In this document: positions 18,612-29,249 of the stretch, in pieces
Numbering within the stretch: the first letter of the stretch is position 1
How the letters are laid out: each line of letters begins with the position of its first letter
Assembly (NCBI GenBank): GCA_021778805.1
Contig: JAJYBV010000001.1
Location: 12,639-76,638 of the forward strand
Length of the DNA stretch: 64,000 nucleotides
Origin: Chloroflexota bacterium
GTDB taxonomy: Bacteria; Chloroflexota; Ktedonobacteria; Ktedonobacterales; JACDGC01
Reading direction: 5' to 3'
The notes under the pieces: generated by a model
The model's input: only the letters and a program-made list of their open reading frames with translations
Database searches by the model: none
What the model was told of the DNA's origin: nothing
Translations under genes and position numbers: made by a program

Positions 18612-20261
18612 TTAGTTAAGTTGATATTCCGGACCGGATAACAAAATATAGATCGTGTTGCGAGCGGTTTCCCAAGATGTTTTGGTTCCGTCGGCAAATG
18701 TTATGTTTTGCTGCAAACTGGGGTACGGGTTGCTTTGCAAAAATTGCGTAAGCAACGCTAAACGATCGCTGGAAAGCGGGCTGTCTATAAAATTTTGCGC
18801 ATAGTAATTGATAAAATCACCGGATGACTTCATATTGTGTTTGGCAATATCATTGGTCATGTTTTCATAAGCAAGTATATTTCCCGAATCAGTCGACAAA
18901 AATTCGGGAACATTTGCCGCGGTGTTTAATAAATTAACACGCGCCATCCACGTAGCAGTATTCATCCATGCGTCGCTTTCGATATCGCCCGGCCATCCAG
19001 CTACATTAACAGGGGCAAACAGCGATTGCCCCATCTCCGTCATTACACCTCCGATGCCTTGCCCTTGTGTTTGCAATTCAAGCTGTCGAATGGCGCCAAT
19101 AACAAATTCTGCCGGACTTTTTATACGGGCGCGATAGGACGCCGCCGAGAAAAACGCGGATGAATTTAGCATGGCTTGTATCACTGCTTTCACGCTATGT
19201 CCGGAGCTATAATAAGCGTCTACCATCGGTTTTATTTCATCCGCAGAGGGATTGGGGTGAACAAAAAAGCTGAACAGCCGTGTAGCTAAGTGCGGCCCGG
19301 CAGCGGGATGCGCAGTAATAATGCGAATAATATCATGGTAATCGAAACTGCCGGTTTGCCCTAAAAAAGTTTGTGTTGCTGTATTATGCTGGGCGGGCAA
19401 ATATGTTGAAACTCCATTGCGCAGCATCCAACCGGTTAAGGCAAAAGCTGCAGCGCGCACATCATCTTGCGTATAACCACTGGAAACTCCAAGGGTAAAT
19501 AATTCCATTAATTCGCGGGCGTAATTTTCATTGGGATTGTTTTTACGGCTTAACCGCAGATCCAGCCACCACATCATGGCAGGGTCTTGCGTAATTCCAA
19601 GTAAAATATTATCGAAAGTATCCAGCGCATGCGCTCGAAAAAATTGATTTTGCTTAATAAGCAGCGGTAAATTTTGCGGTCCGCCAATTTTTTGAGCGCT
19701 GCTGGTTAATAAGCCATGCCAAAATAAAGTCATTTTTTCTTGCAGCGGCCGCTTGGTATATAACATGCGCAAAATCCACCAGCGCTGCAAATCTGCAAAC
19801 TTCGTAAAGTCAAAGCTCATAGAGTTCAGTTGCGCTTCAATCGGGTCGGTTACAGATTCGTAGTTCACCAACTGATTGATAGCGCCGGTTACACCCAATG
19901 CCCCATAATATTGAATATCCGCTTGTGTTCCGCCAAACCCTACCCTGCGCAGCAAATGAGCAATATTGGCTTCTACCGTCGGAGAAATGCTGGCGCCAGG
20001 CGCAATGATCGATTGATCATGCGCAATCATTGTTCCGCCGGCAATTCCTGCAACCGTTAAACCGGCGACACTCGCGCCGATAAGCAGCGCTCTTCGGGAA
20101 ATTTTTCTGCCGCCAAATTGCAATTCTTTTTTCTGTGGCTTTATGGCGGTATTTTCAGAAACAACGGTGGAATTTTCGGTAATAGCCGTCGGCGTATCAT
20201 CAGTAGAAAGTGTCGGCTGGGTTAAAGGCTCAAAAGCGTTATCGTTTTCATTTTCGTTCAT
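18612..20261 (-). CDS. DUF1800-family protein (usual partner of DUF1501)
   Basis: Contains HLLRRVGFGGT, MTLFWHGLLTS and NENYARELMELFTLGV, which are DUF1800 hallmarks. The start MNENEND at 20261 is preferred over 20303. Confidence 0.8.
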   Translation of the reverse strand: MNENENDNAFEPLTQPTLSTDDTPTAITENSTVVSENTAIKPQKKELQFGGRKISRRALLIGASVAGLTVAGIAGGTMIAHDQSIIAPGASISPTVEANIAHLLRRVGFGGTQADIQYYGALGVTGAINQLVNYESVTDPIEAQLNSMSFDFTKFADLQRWWILRMLYTKRPLQEKMTLFWHGLLTSSAQKIGGPQNLPLLIKQNQFFRAHALDTFDNILLGITQDPAMMWWLDLRLSRKNNPNENYARELMELFTLGVSSGYTQDDVRAAAFALTGWMLRNGVSTYLPAQHNTATQTFLGQTGSFDYHDIIRIITAHPAAGPHLATRLFSFFVHPNPSADEIKPMVDAYYSSGHSVKAVIQAMLNSSAFFSAASYRARIKSPAEFVIGAIRQLELQTQGQGIGGVMTEMGQSLFAPVNVAGWPGDIESDAWMNTATWMARVNLLNTAANVPEFLSTDSGNILAYENMTNDIAKHNMKSSGDFINYYAQNFIDSPLSSDRLALLTQFLQSNPYPSLQQNITFADGTKTSWETARNTIYILLSGPEYQLN

Positions 20262-20585
20262 ACATATATCTCCGAAATACAGCCGCATACCTGCGGCGCA
20301 CATCCGCTCTATTTTTTGACAGGATCGATGGCTGCTGAAAAATTTGCCGCAGAAAATGCCGGCAAACTCATGTTTTCTGCATCACTGCCAAGATTCATTG
20401 GCGCCAAGCGCAAAGAAACAGATGAAAACACATCTTGCAATACTATACGTTTCTCAAATTAAAATCCGCTGAAAATAATCATGTGGCTTATCCCCATCCG
20501 CGATCCGATAGATTGGCGGAAATCTCCGAATTGTGACTGAACCATCACATTTTTCAAAATCATCACAAATATGTTACCAGAGATA

Positions 20586-20614
20586 TTGTAATTACGCTGA
20601 TGATTATGTATAAT
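20586..20614 (+). promoter_or_regulatory. Near-consensus sigma70-type promoter (TTGTAA-N17-TATAAT) about 710 nt upstream of aceA
   Basis: ttgtaa at 20586-20591, a 17-nt spacer and tataat at 20609-20614. No convincing CDS lies between it and aceA. Confidence 0.5.
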
Positions 20615-21326
20615 ACTTTTATGATTGCATCCGTACATTCTTCATTTGCGGTAACACTGTGAATATCGCAAGAGAATGGGCGCAGTCCGATTCCGGCGTT
20701 GACGCCGGCAAGTCTCTTATTCGGTCACGGCTTTGCCCGAGAAAGGGAGCGAACTTGTGCGCTTGCTGCAAATACAAAATCATACTCTGATGACTGATAT
20801 CAGAACAAATCTTCATGGCGAATGGTCTACTACAGATCTTCGTTCGCCAATAGATCTTCACGCTTTTGATGATCTTACTCCCCTGATATTTGGCGTTTGG
20901 AAAACAAAGAACAAGTTGGTTTCTGTTTTCTTGCAGCTTTTTAACCAGTCTGCCTTAGCATTGCTTCATAAACATACCATCCTATATTTGCGCCGGCCTC
21001 AATATTCTGCCAATTCCGTTATTTTTCCGCGTATCGGCAGTTATTGCGCCGCACAAATACTGGATGTGGCGCCACAGCGCTAGAAACATGCAGGCGGCTG
21101 TTTCAGTTTCAACTTGCAGTTATCCTATCAATTAGCAAACTAAATCCAAGTTATCCGCGCCATGCGCATATCACCGTTTACACCGAAACGCTATTCGCAT
21201 CTCTGTGTACGCACAAACCGGGTTATGGCATGCGCACATCAGGTTATCGACGCGCCATATGCAGATTTGGCGCTGGCGGAAAAGCTGCTATGCCTTCCGC
21301 AATTATTACAACAGGAGTATATCATT

Positions 21327-22610
21327 ATGGATTCCATGACGACCCACGAAGAAGCTTTGAACCTGCGCCGCGAATGGAGCGAAAATCCTCGGTGGCATAA
21401 TATCAAACGGCCATATACGGCGGAAGATGTGCTGAAACTGCGCGGATCGGTGCGCATTGAGCATACCCTTGCTAAAATGGGCGCAGATCGCTTATGGAAT
21501 TTGCTGCACAGCGAACCATATGTGCCCGCGCTCGGCGCATTGACGGGAAACCAAGCTGTACAAATGGTAAAAGCAGGCTTAAAAGCAATTTACCTTAGCG
21601 GATGGCAAGTTGCCGCAGACGCAAATTTAGCGGGGCACATGTATCCCGACCAAAGCTTATATCCGGCAAACAGTGTTCCAAATGTTGTAAAACGCATCAA
21701 TCAAGCGCTGCAGCGCGCCGATCAAATTCAGCATTCCGAAGGCACAGGTGACACATATTGGTTTGCCCCAATTGTCGCCGACGCGGAAGCCGGATTCGGC
21801 GGCCCATTAAATGTTTTTGAATTGGTGAAAGCGATGATTGAGGCCGGAGCCGCCGGTGTACACTTGGAAGATCAGCTATCTTCTGAAAAAAAATGCGGGC
21901 ACATGGGCGGCAAAGTATTAATTCCCACACAATCTGCCATTAAACATCTTATTGCCGCGCGGTTAGCCGCGGATGTTATGGATGTTCCCACATTAATTGT
22001 CGGCCGAACCGACGCCGACGCTGCAGCATTAATCACCAGCGATATCGACACATATGATCACCAATTTATGACCGGTGAAAGAACTTCAGAGGGATTTTAT
22101 CGGGTAAAATCCGGTGTAGAAGCAGCAATTGCGCGCGGTATTGCATATGCGCCATATGCCGATTTGGTGTGGTGCGAAACCTCCGAGCCAAGTTTGGAAG
22201 ACGCAGAAAAATTTGCCGCTGCTTTACATGAAAAATTCCCCGGAAAATTGCTGGCCTATAATTGTTCGCCGTCATTCAATTGGCGCAAAAAACTTTCTGA
22301 AGAAGAAATCGCTTCATTCCAGCAGCGCATCGGTACAATGGGATATGCGTTTCAATTTGTAACACTTGCGGGATTCCATGCATTAAATTATAGTATGTTT
22401 AATCTTGCTTATGAATATAAACGCCATGGCATGGCAGCGTATTCCACACTGCAACAGCAGGAATTTGCGCGGGAAGCCGATGGGTACACCGCAACAAAAC
22501 ACCAGCGCGAGGTTGGCGCCGGCTATTTTGATGAAGTTGCCATGGTCATCAGCGAAGGGGAATCTTCTACCACTGCGCTGACAGGTTCTACCGAGGAGGC
22601 TCAATTTTAA
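21327..22610 (+). CDS. aceA: Isocitrate lyase
   Basis: Starts [41 protein letters not shown] and contains the active-site motif [14 protein letters not shown] aggag at 21313-21317. The ORF track start at 21162 is an upstream extension. Confidence 0.95.
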   Translation: MDSMTTHEEALNLRREWSENPRWHNIKRPYTAEDVLKLRGSVRIEHTLAKMGADRLWNLLHSEPYVPALGALTGNQAVQMVKAGLKAIYLSGWQVAADANLAGHMYPDQSLYPANSVPNVVKRINQALQRADQIQHSEGTGDTYWFAPIVADAEAGFGGPLNVFELVKAMIEAGAAGVHLEDQLSSEKKCGHMGGKVLIPTQSAIKHLIAARLAADVMDVPTLIVGRTDADAAALITSDIDTYDHQFMTGERTSEGFYRVKSGVEAAIARGIAYAPYADLVWCETSEPSLEDAEKFAAALHEKFPGKLLAYNCSPSFNWRKKLSEEEIASFQQRIGTMGYAFQFVTLAGFHALNYSMFNLAYEYKRHGMAAYSTLQQQEFAREADGYTATKHQREVGAGYFDEVAMVISEGESSTTALTGSTEEAQF

Positions 22611-24199
22611 TGAGATTGCCAGAAGGCGTTGAAATACACGCACAGGTAAGCGCAAAACAACAGGAAATTTTAACATTTGAAGCGCTGCAATTTGTTGCTG
22701 AACTTGCGCGGGAATTTAGTGACCGGCGCAGTCATTTGCTGCATTTGCGCGCGCAGCGCCAAGCCGAACTAGACCAAGGAAAACAATATAATTTTCTGCC
22801 GGAAACAGCTTCTATTCGCGCCGGAAATTGGAAAATTGCGCCGGAACCACCGGCGCTGCAAGATCGCCGTGTGGAAATTACCGGACCCACCGACCGAAAA
22901 ATGGTTATTAACGCCTTAAATTCCGGAGCTTCGGTGTTTATGGCCGATTTTGAAGACGCCAATGCGCCTTCTTGGGACAATTTGGTCGACGGCCAGATGA
23001 ATCTGCGCGACGCTATCCGCCGAACCATAACATTCGACAGTACGGAAGGCAAGCACTATCAGTTAAACGAAAAACCGGCAACATTGTTTTGCCGGCCGCG
23101 CGGATGGCATCTTCCCGAAAAACATGTGCTGGTAGATGGCAGCGAAATTTCCGGCGGATTATTCGACTTCGCCCTCTATTTCTACCATAACGCGCAAGCA
23201 CTGCTGGATATCGGCGCAGGACCATACTTTTACCTTCCAAAACTGGAAAGTCATTTAGAGGCGCGGCTGTGGAACGAAATTTTTATTCGCGCGCAAAGCA
23301 AACTCGGATTGCCCTTAGGCGCCATCAAAGCAACCGTGCTGATAGAAACACTGCCGGCGGCGTTTCAAATGGATGAAATTTTATTTGAGCTGCGCGATCA
23401 TTCCGCTGGATTAAATTGCGGCCGGTGGGACTATATTTTCAGCAGCATCAAAAAACGCCGCAAAGATCCGCAATTTGTGCTGCCCGATAGAGCGCTGGTA
23501 ACGATGACAACGCACTTTATGCGATCTTATTCCCTGCTGCTTATTCACACCTGCCATCGGCGCGGCGCGCACGCAATGGGAGGCATGGCAGCGCAGATTC
23601 CAATTAAGAATGATCCTGAAGCAAACGAAAAAGCGTTGGCGCTTGTGCGCGCCGATAAAGAGCGCGAGGCACATGACGGACACGATGGCACATGGGTTGC
23701 TCATCCGGGGTTAGTGCCCATTGCCTTAGAGATTTTTAATCGGGTGATGCCGCAGCCTAATCAGTTAGATCGTTTGAGAGATGATGTACACGTTACCGCA
23801 GAAGATTTATTAAAAATTCCGGAAGGGGCAATTACGGAAAAAGGTTTGCGGGTAAATGTTAGCGTTGGTGTGCAATACCTGGAGGCGTGGATTAACGGCA
23901 ACGGCTGCGTGCCTATCAATAATTTGATGGAAGACGCCGCTACAGCCGAGATTTCGCGCGCGCAGGTGTGGCAATGGCTGCATCATTCCAAGGGAGTATT
24001 AGAAGACGGCCGAAAAATTACGCAGGAACTTTTCAGACAAATAGTACAAGAAGAAATTGCGTCTATTACGGCTGCTATTCCTGCCGATCAGCTATCCAAT
24101 CGGAAATTTGCCGAAGCCGGTGAATTGTTTGACCAAATTTCCACCAGCGATACTTTTGTAGACTTTTTAACACTTCCGGGTTATCGCCTGTTGGATTAA
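22610..24199 (+). CDS. aceB: Malate synthase A
   Basis: 529 aa. Contains [30 protein letters not shown] and [16 protein letters not shown]. The start overlaps the aceA stop (TAATG). Confidence 0.93.
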   Translation: MRLPEGVEIHAQVSAKQQEILTFEALQFVAELAREFSDRRSHLLHLRAQRQAELDQGKQYNFLPETASIRAGNWKIAPEPPALQDRRVEITGPTDRKMVINALNSGASVFMADFEDANAPSWDNLVDGQMNLRDAIRRTITFDSTEGKHYQLNEKPATLFCRPRGWHLPEKHVLVDGSEISGGLFDFALYFYHNAQALLDIGAGPYFYLPKLESHLEARLWNEIFIRAQSKLGLPLGAIKATVLIETLPAAFQMDEILFELRDHSAGLNCGRWDYIFSSIKKRRKDPQFVLPDRALVTMTTHFMRSYSLLLIHTCHRRGAHAMGGMAAQIPIKNDPEANEKALALVRADKEREAHDGHDGTWVAHPGLVPIALEIFNRVMPQPNQLDRLRDDVHVTAEDLLKIPEGAITEKGLRVNVSVGVQYLEAWINGNGCVPINNLMEDAATAEISRAQVWQWLHHSKGVLEDGRKITQELFRQIVQEEIASITAAIPADQLSNRKFAEAGELFDQISTSDTFVDFLTLPGYRLLD

Positions 24200-24226
24200 A
24201 TTTTCCTCGACTCCTTTTACCTGTTT

Positions 24227-24260
24227 GCGGTGTGCTCTGGTGAAAACACACCGCATTTTT
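24227..24260 (+). terminator. Rho-independent terminator after aceB
   Basis: gcggtgtg (24227-24234) pairs with cacaccgc (24247-24254) and is followed by attttt. Confidence 0.65.
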
Positions 24261-24282
24261 GTGAAGCAATTGCCCAGCAACG

Positions 24283-24681
24283 CTATGACACGCGCGCCTT
24301 ACTGCCTCCTATTTGTCCTAAAATGACGACGGATAACGCAAGCAAAGCGGTTGGCGCAATAAACACGCCAATGGTCATCATTCCCAAAAGGCTGTACAGT
24401 AAAATAAAGCCTGCACAAAGCCACATCCAGCGCAGCGCCTTGCATTGATAGGCAAATGACTGCCAGCCATACCATACTACCAGCGCTGCAATTGCGCCAT
24501 ATATAGCAAGTAAAACAGCGCCTTGCGGCGTTATTCCGGCTTGAAACAAGGTTTCGTGTTTCATAAACTGGCCATTTCCTGTTTCATAAAGAGGAAGCGA
24601 CGCAAACAAATAGAACATTACTGCATTCCATACCAATATGAATAAAGCAAGCGTTTGCTGTATTCGGTGAAGCATTACCAT
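24283..24681 (-). CDS. Hypothetical four-helix membrane protein
   Basis: 132 aa with four hydrophobic segments. I recognise no family. Confidence 0.45.
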   Translation of the reverse strand: MVMLHRIQQTLALFILVWNAVMFYLFASLPLYETGNGQFMKHETLFQAGITPQGAVLLAIYGAIAALVVWYGWQSFAYQCKALRWMWLCAGFILLYSLLGMMTIGVFIAPTALLALSVVILGQIGGSKARVS

Positions 24682-24965
24682 ACATTCTTCCTTCCATAAT
24701 TCATTATTTTTAAATTATACCATATTTCTCATTAAATATGGTTTCGTACCTAAGCAATTTAACAAAATTTGCAACAAAGACTGCATCATTTTGCATTGCG
24801 AAGTATACACAGGTTTCAAAGAAATATATGTAACGCACATTTTGGCAAGAAACATGCTACATTACCATAAAGTTATTTGTGAATAACCGAGTGTCAAATA
24901 GCGCAAATTGGGGATATTGCAAGAAATATTTGTCAACATGCGTACAATAAGATAGAGAAATAACA

Positions 24966-25700
24966 ATGGTGTTGTTTCAATTTGTTCTGCGTAAGAATTG
25001 TGAGGAAATTGTGATAATCATTCCAAATCAATCAGACACGTATGATTCACCTTCCGCGGCGCGCAAAGATTTAACCCGTCACCTTCGCAGGGAGCAGGTT
25101 TCTGCCATGAATATCCGCGAAAGGCTGATGGGGCTGGTCCAAATTTTAGAGCAGCGCGATACGGTAACCTATTGGCACGCTATGCGCGTTGCCAACTACG
25201 CTTTGCGATTTGCGCGTTCGCTGCAAACACCGGCGCGCACGGCGCGAACCTATTATATGGCTGGTTTACTGCACGATATTGGTAAAATTTGGCTGGCAGA
25301 TGCTATATTAAATAAACAAGCGGCGCTTTCACCAGATGAAACTATCGCCGTGCGCGAACACACCGTTTATGGCGCGCATATTCTTGCCGGCTACGACGCC
25401 CCAGAGGTATACATCCAAACAGCGCGCAGCCATCACGAACGCATAGACGGCGGCGGATACCCCGATGGATTAAGCGGCCCCGAAATTCCTTTTGCCGCAA
25501 AATTAATCGCCGTTATCGATATGTTTGATGTTATAACGACCGAAAGGCCTTATAAAGCCGCACAATCAACAGAAGCCGCGCTGCGCATCATGAGTGAAGA
25601 AACAGGCAGAGCGCTAGACCCAGATATCGTACAATCTTTCAGTCAATGGGTTCAGGAAAATTTTATTTTACATTTGCCGGCTGATGCATCGGCTTCATAA
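24966..25700 (+). CDS. HD-GYP domain protein (putative c-di-GMP phosphodiesterase)
   Basis: Contains HAMRVANYA, GLLHDIGKI and HHERIDGGGYPDGL. The true start may be the M at 25107 (MNIRERL). Confidence 0.8.
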   Translation: MVLFQFVLRKNCEEIVIIIPNQSDTYDSPSAARKDLTRHLRREQVSAMNIRERLMGLVQILEQRDTVTYWHAMRVANYALRFARSLQTPARTARTYYMAGLLHDIGKIWLADAILNKQAALSPDETIAVREHTVYGAHILAGYDAPEVYIQTARSHHERIDGGGYPDGLSGPEIPFAAKLIAVIDMFDVITTERPYKAAQSTEAALRIMSEETGRALDPDIVQSFSQWVQENFILHLPADASAS

Positions 25701-25802
25701 TAATTAATACTGCATAGCATTGCACAATAAGACATAATCTTTGACATCTGCGTATGTGGGGATTATACTTAATAGTGGAAGCATTTTAATTCAGGCAAAT
25801 CG

Positions 25803-26264
25803 ATGGCGTCTCTGTCTGTAGATCGCCTGATGGCAAACTGGCATTTCCTCCCCATTCATGTACGAAGGGAGTTTCCATGCCTGAATTTTGATGAATATAT
25901 ATGGAGGGTCCCTAAACTGGAAAGCTCAGAAGCCGCGCGTTTAGTTGTAGATGCGGCCGCGAACAAAAAGGCGGCAAACATAGTTTTACTGGATATTCAC
26001 GAATTAACCATTATTGCCGATTATTTCGTCATTTGTACCGGGTCTAACCCCAAACAGCTTTCAGCTATTGCTGACGCTGTTGATGAAGAAATGCATAAAA
26101 TCGGCCGAAGCTATATCCGCCGAGAAGGTTCGGAAGAAAGCGGCTGGATTTTACTGGATATTGAAGGTGAAATCTGCTGCCACATTTTTAATCCCGAACA
26201 ACGAGAATTTTATCAGCTGGAACGGCTTTGGAAAGTTGCTCCACGTCTGCTCTACGTTGATTAA
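25803..26264 (+). CDS. rsfS: Ribosomal silencing factor RsfS (iojap)
   Basis: Contains KKAANIVLLDIHELTIIADYFVICTGSNPKQLSAIADAVDEEM...GWILLDIEGEICCHIFNPEQREFYQLERLW. The roughly 40-aa N-terminal extension is uncertain. Confidence 0.8.
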   Translation: MASLSVDRLMANWHFLPIHVRREFPCLNFDEYIWRVPKLESSEAARLVVDAAANKKAANIVLLDIHELTIIADYFVICTGSNPKQLSAIADAVDEEMHKIGRSYIRREGSEESGWILLDIEGEICCHIFNPEQREFYQLERLWKVAPRLLYVD

Positions 26265-26304
26265 TCATCATTAGAATCTATTAGAGATAAGAAGGCATAA
26301 TCAT

Positions 26305-26499
26305 ATGAATGCGATAACGAAGATGCTGCGCAATGGCAATTTTTTGCGAGGTGTTTCAATCGGAGCTGCAGCAGGCCTGCTTGTAGGGTCCTTCGTTGCT
26401 TTTCAGGTTGGAGCAAATAAAACCGATATCCAAACCAGTGTTGTAAAAATGACACGCCGCAAGAAATCACCCATCGACTATACAAAATTGTTTGTATAA
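26305..26499 (+). CDS. Small single-TM hypothetical protein (64 aa)
   Basis: Has a Gly/Ala-rich TM segment (GVSIGAAAGLLVGSFVAF) and is followed directly by a terminator. Confidence 0.4.
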   Translation: MNAITKMLRNGNFLRGVSIGAAAGLLVGSFVAFQVGANKTDIQTSVVKMTRRKKSPIDYTKLFV

Positions 26500-26508
26500 A
26501 TATTTTTT

Positions 26509-26531
26509 GCGCATTGGATGCGCTTTTTTTT
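26509..26531 (+). terminator. Rho-independent terminator
   Basis: gcgcat-tgg-atgcgc followed by T8. Confidence 0.7.
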
Positions 26532-26714
26532 ATGCAGTAAAAAAACCCCACGGCAACCATCCATTCATTGCTGGCAATAATCTATGCGGCGCAGATTATG
26601 TTTTTGCGCCGCATTTTTCGAGTTTCGCCGGTTGAAAAAAGGCGCATGCGTTGCAGTCTTTGCAAACAAAGCTATCAAATCGCGGGGACATTGCTTATAT
26701 TGCGCCGTTCAAAA

Positions 26715-29048
26715 CTATGCGGCGCGCGGCCATAATCCGGTATCTTTTGTTTGGGCAGCAGAAGTGCTTTTTAAATATTGAATGAACATGCGCACTAAAT
26801 CAGAATCCAATTTACCTTGCGTTGTTTCATCAAGAAGCAATTGAATCCCCTCATCCTGTGTTCTGCCGGGATGATATGGTCTTTCGGCAGTAAACGCTTC
26901 AAAAATATCCACTATCGTTAAAATACGCACTAATAACGGTATCTCATCACCGGCAAGTCCATCCGGATATCCCGAGCCGTCTAGTTTTTCATGGTGCCAA
27001 CGCACAAGCGGCAGCAAATGCCGCATCGATTTTATGGAATGCAGAATTTCCTCGCCCAAAACAGTATGACTTTTCATTAATATCCACTCTTGAGCGTCCA
27101 ATTTACCGGGCTTCAGCAACACTTTATCTGAAATACCAATTTTTCCAACATCATGAATTAATCCGCCAATGCGCAGTGTTTCAATATGCTCCATCGGTAA
27201 ATGCAAGCATTCACCTAAACTTACTGCATACAAAGAAACATTTGTAGAATGACTGCCGGTATAGCCATCTCGCAAATCTACAGCGCGCACCAGCGCATGG
27301 ATGGAATCGAGATCTTCACCGGTAGGCAGCATAATACTGCAATCTTCGCCTTGTTTCAGAGGCATATATGCAATACCACCGCTGATTAATTCCGGGCCAT
27401 AAATTTTACACTGATTGCGCCCCATATGTTTAGCGGTGTGCAAAGCTATTCCCGCTGCGCGCATCAGCGATTCGGTTTCGGTAGTGTGCGCCGGAAATGC
27501 AGCTACACCAATAGAAATGGTACACCGAACCACACCGTTATCTGCACGCATAGACACATTTTCCACGTCAGCCCGCATTTCTTCACAGATTTTTGCTGCG
27601 TCTTCGGCGTTATAATCAGGAAGCGCGATGGCAAATTCTTCAGCATTATTTCGCGCGGCAATACCTTGACAGGGTATTTGTTTCGTAATAATTCTGCCAA
27701 TATTATGGATAATTTTGTCACCAACTTCAACGCCAAATTGCTCATTTATCTGACGGAAATGATCGATATTGGCCAAAATCAGCGAAAATGGTTTATTATT
27801 TTCTCTGCACGCTGCCGCAATAGTATTCAGTTTCATTAAAAATACCCGATGCGTAAACAAATGTGATACAACATCGTGATCTTCGGCGTTGCGAATACGC
27901 AATAAAAACCTTCCGCGCAGCAAATGATCGGCTAATTTATCTCCTAATTCATGCAAATAGGTTGGCGTCAGCATACTGCCGGCAGACACGAAAGAATGGG
28001 ACAGACCAATGACAGCGACGCCAATCAATTCATCGTGTATGAATAGCGGTTCACCTAAAATCTTCCGAATATTTGGCGCAATCATCGGGAATGATTGCAA
28101 AGCTGCGCCTTCATACTGCGCCGCTTTTTTGGTGTTTACGATGATTCCCCACGGTGAACCGGCAAATGTGTTAGCAGAAAATTCCTGCTGGATATATTGG
28201 GTTTCACCGTCATGATCAACAAAAACAATATGCGCATACGTATGTGGATCATCACATTGTTTCACCTGAAAACAAACCAAGGCAACTAAAGGCAATTCAA
28301 AATGAGCGGCAAGGAGTTTTGCGGCGGTTGCTGTAATTGTTTGTTCCGTAAAATTTCCTTTAGCCTCTTCAGCTAAAGCATGTAAGATAATACTTTCTTT
28401 TACGGCAATAGTTTGGTCGGTAACATCCGTAATTTTCATCAAAATACGCTGCTGTAACGTAGTATCACTTTTATCAAAGAACATAGAATGAATAGATAAC
28501 GTAATAGCGTGGGTTGCATGAGCGTCATCAGTATAGGTATATTCTGCCGGCTCATGCGCACAGCCGGTCAAAAAATCTGCGCCATGTTTTATGGTATTGT
28601 CGGTTATCGTGTATATTTGGCGCATTTGGTGAATATGAGAAGGGCAATTATTTTGAAATAATTTTCCGGCGTTTTTAGAGCAGCGCAAAACAGATCCGGA
28701 AGTGTCAAACAAAATAAGCGTTTCATCAGAAACCTGGAACAACTCATTTATTGTCGATTCAATGATTGTATACTCATATTTCAAATTATTTATTTCATGT
28801 TGAATGGTATTTTTCTGACTCATTTTCTGTTGGAAAGACTGCATAGCAGAAATTAATTCTTGCTCTGTGTCACTTGCTTTGCGGGCAATTTCAGAATTTA
28901 ATTCCTGAAATTGCTGCTTTTCTTGCTGAATATTTTGTATCTCAGTTTTATACTTAACATAAATGCGCCATAAAAAAATAAACGCTGATATAGCAAAGAT
29001 GATAACAAACACAGATACTATGTATGAAAGTATAATAAACTCATGCAT
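26715..29048 (-). CDS. Membrane-anchored sensor protein with a degenerate GGDEF domain fused to an HD-GYP domain
   Basis: 777 aa. It has an N-terminal TM helix, a coiled coil and a sensor region. The GGDEF-like domain carries RNNAEEF in place of RxGG(D/E)EF. The C-terminal part has GGLIHDVGKIG and HHEKLDGSGYPDGL. Confidence 0.8.
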   Translation of the reverse strand: MHEFIILSYIVSVFVIIFAISAFIFLWRIYVKYKTEIQNIQQEKQQFQELNSEIARKASDTEQELISAMQSFQQKMSQKNTIQHEINNLKYEYTIIESTINELFQVSDETLILFDTSGSVLRCSKNAGKLFQNNCPSHIHQMRQIYTITDNTIKHGADFLTGCAHEPAEYTYTDDAHATHAITLSIHSMFFDKSDTTLQQRILMKITDVTDQTIAVKESIILHALAEEAKGNFTEQTITATAAKLLAAHFELPLVALVCFQVKQCDDPHTYAHIVFVDHDGETQYIQQEFSANTFAGSPWGIIVNTKKAAQYEGAALQSFPMIAPNIRKILGEPLFIHDELIGVAVIGLSHSFVSAGSMLTPTYLHELGDKLADHLLRGRFLLRIRNAEDHDVVSHLFTHRVFLMKLNTIAAACRENNKPFSLILANIDHFRQINEQFGVEVGDKIIHNIGRIITKQIPCQGIAARNNAEEFAIALPDYNAEDAAKICEEMRADVENVSMRADNGVVRCTISIGVAAFPAHTTETESLMRAAGIALHTAKHMGRNQCKIYGPELISGGIAYMPLKQGEDCSIMLPTGEDLDSIHALVRAVDLRDGYTGSHSTNVSLYAVSLGECLHLPMEHIETLRIGGLIHDVGKIGISDKVLLKPGKLDAQEWILMKSHTVLGEEILHSIKSMRHLLPLVRWHHEKLDGSGYPDGLAGDEIPLLVRILTIVDIFEAFTAERPYHPGRTQDEGIQLLLDETTQGKLDSDLVRMFIQYLKSTSAAQTKDTGLWPRAA

Positions 29049-29249
29049 ATACTATTTCCTTTGAACAACAAGGATATCTGGCGCTAAATTTTGAATTTTG
29101 CTTATTCAGAGCAAAAATATCGCTGCGGTGAAAAAAATATTGCTGAATATATTTCAGATCGCTCAAAATAGCAGCGGTGACCATAAAACACTCCCCTATA
29201 TAAACCAGCAGAACCTAAAAATATCTGTCCATAATATACTATCGGCGCT

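Noticed and set aside
20733-21400. ORFs 20733..21083 (116 aa) and 21044..21400 (118 aa), and the 5' extension of aceA (21162..21326)
   Set aside because: They have non-ATG or unsupported starts and no Shine-Dalgarno sequence. They overlap each other and match no family. aceA has a clean RBS and ATG at 21327, giving the expected ~428-aa isocitrate lyase.
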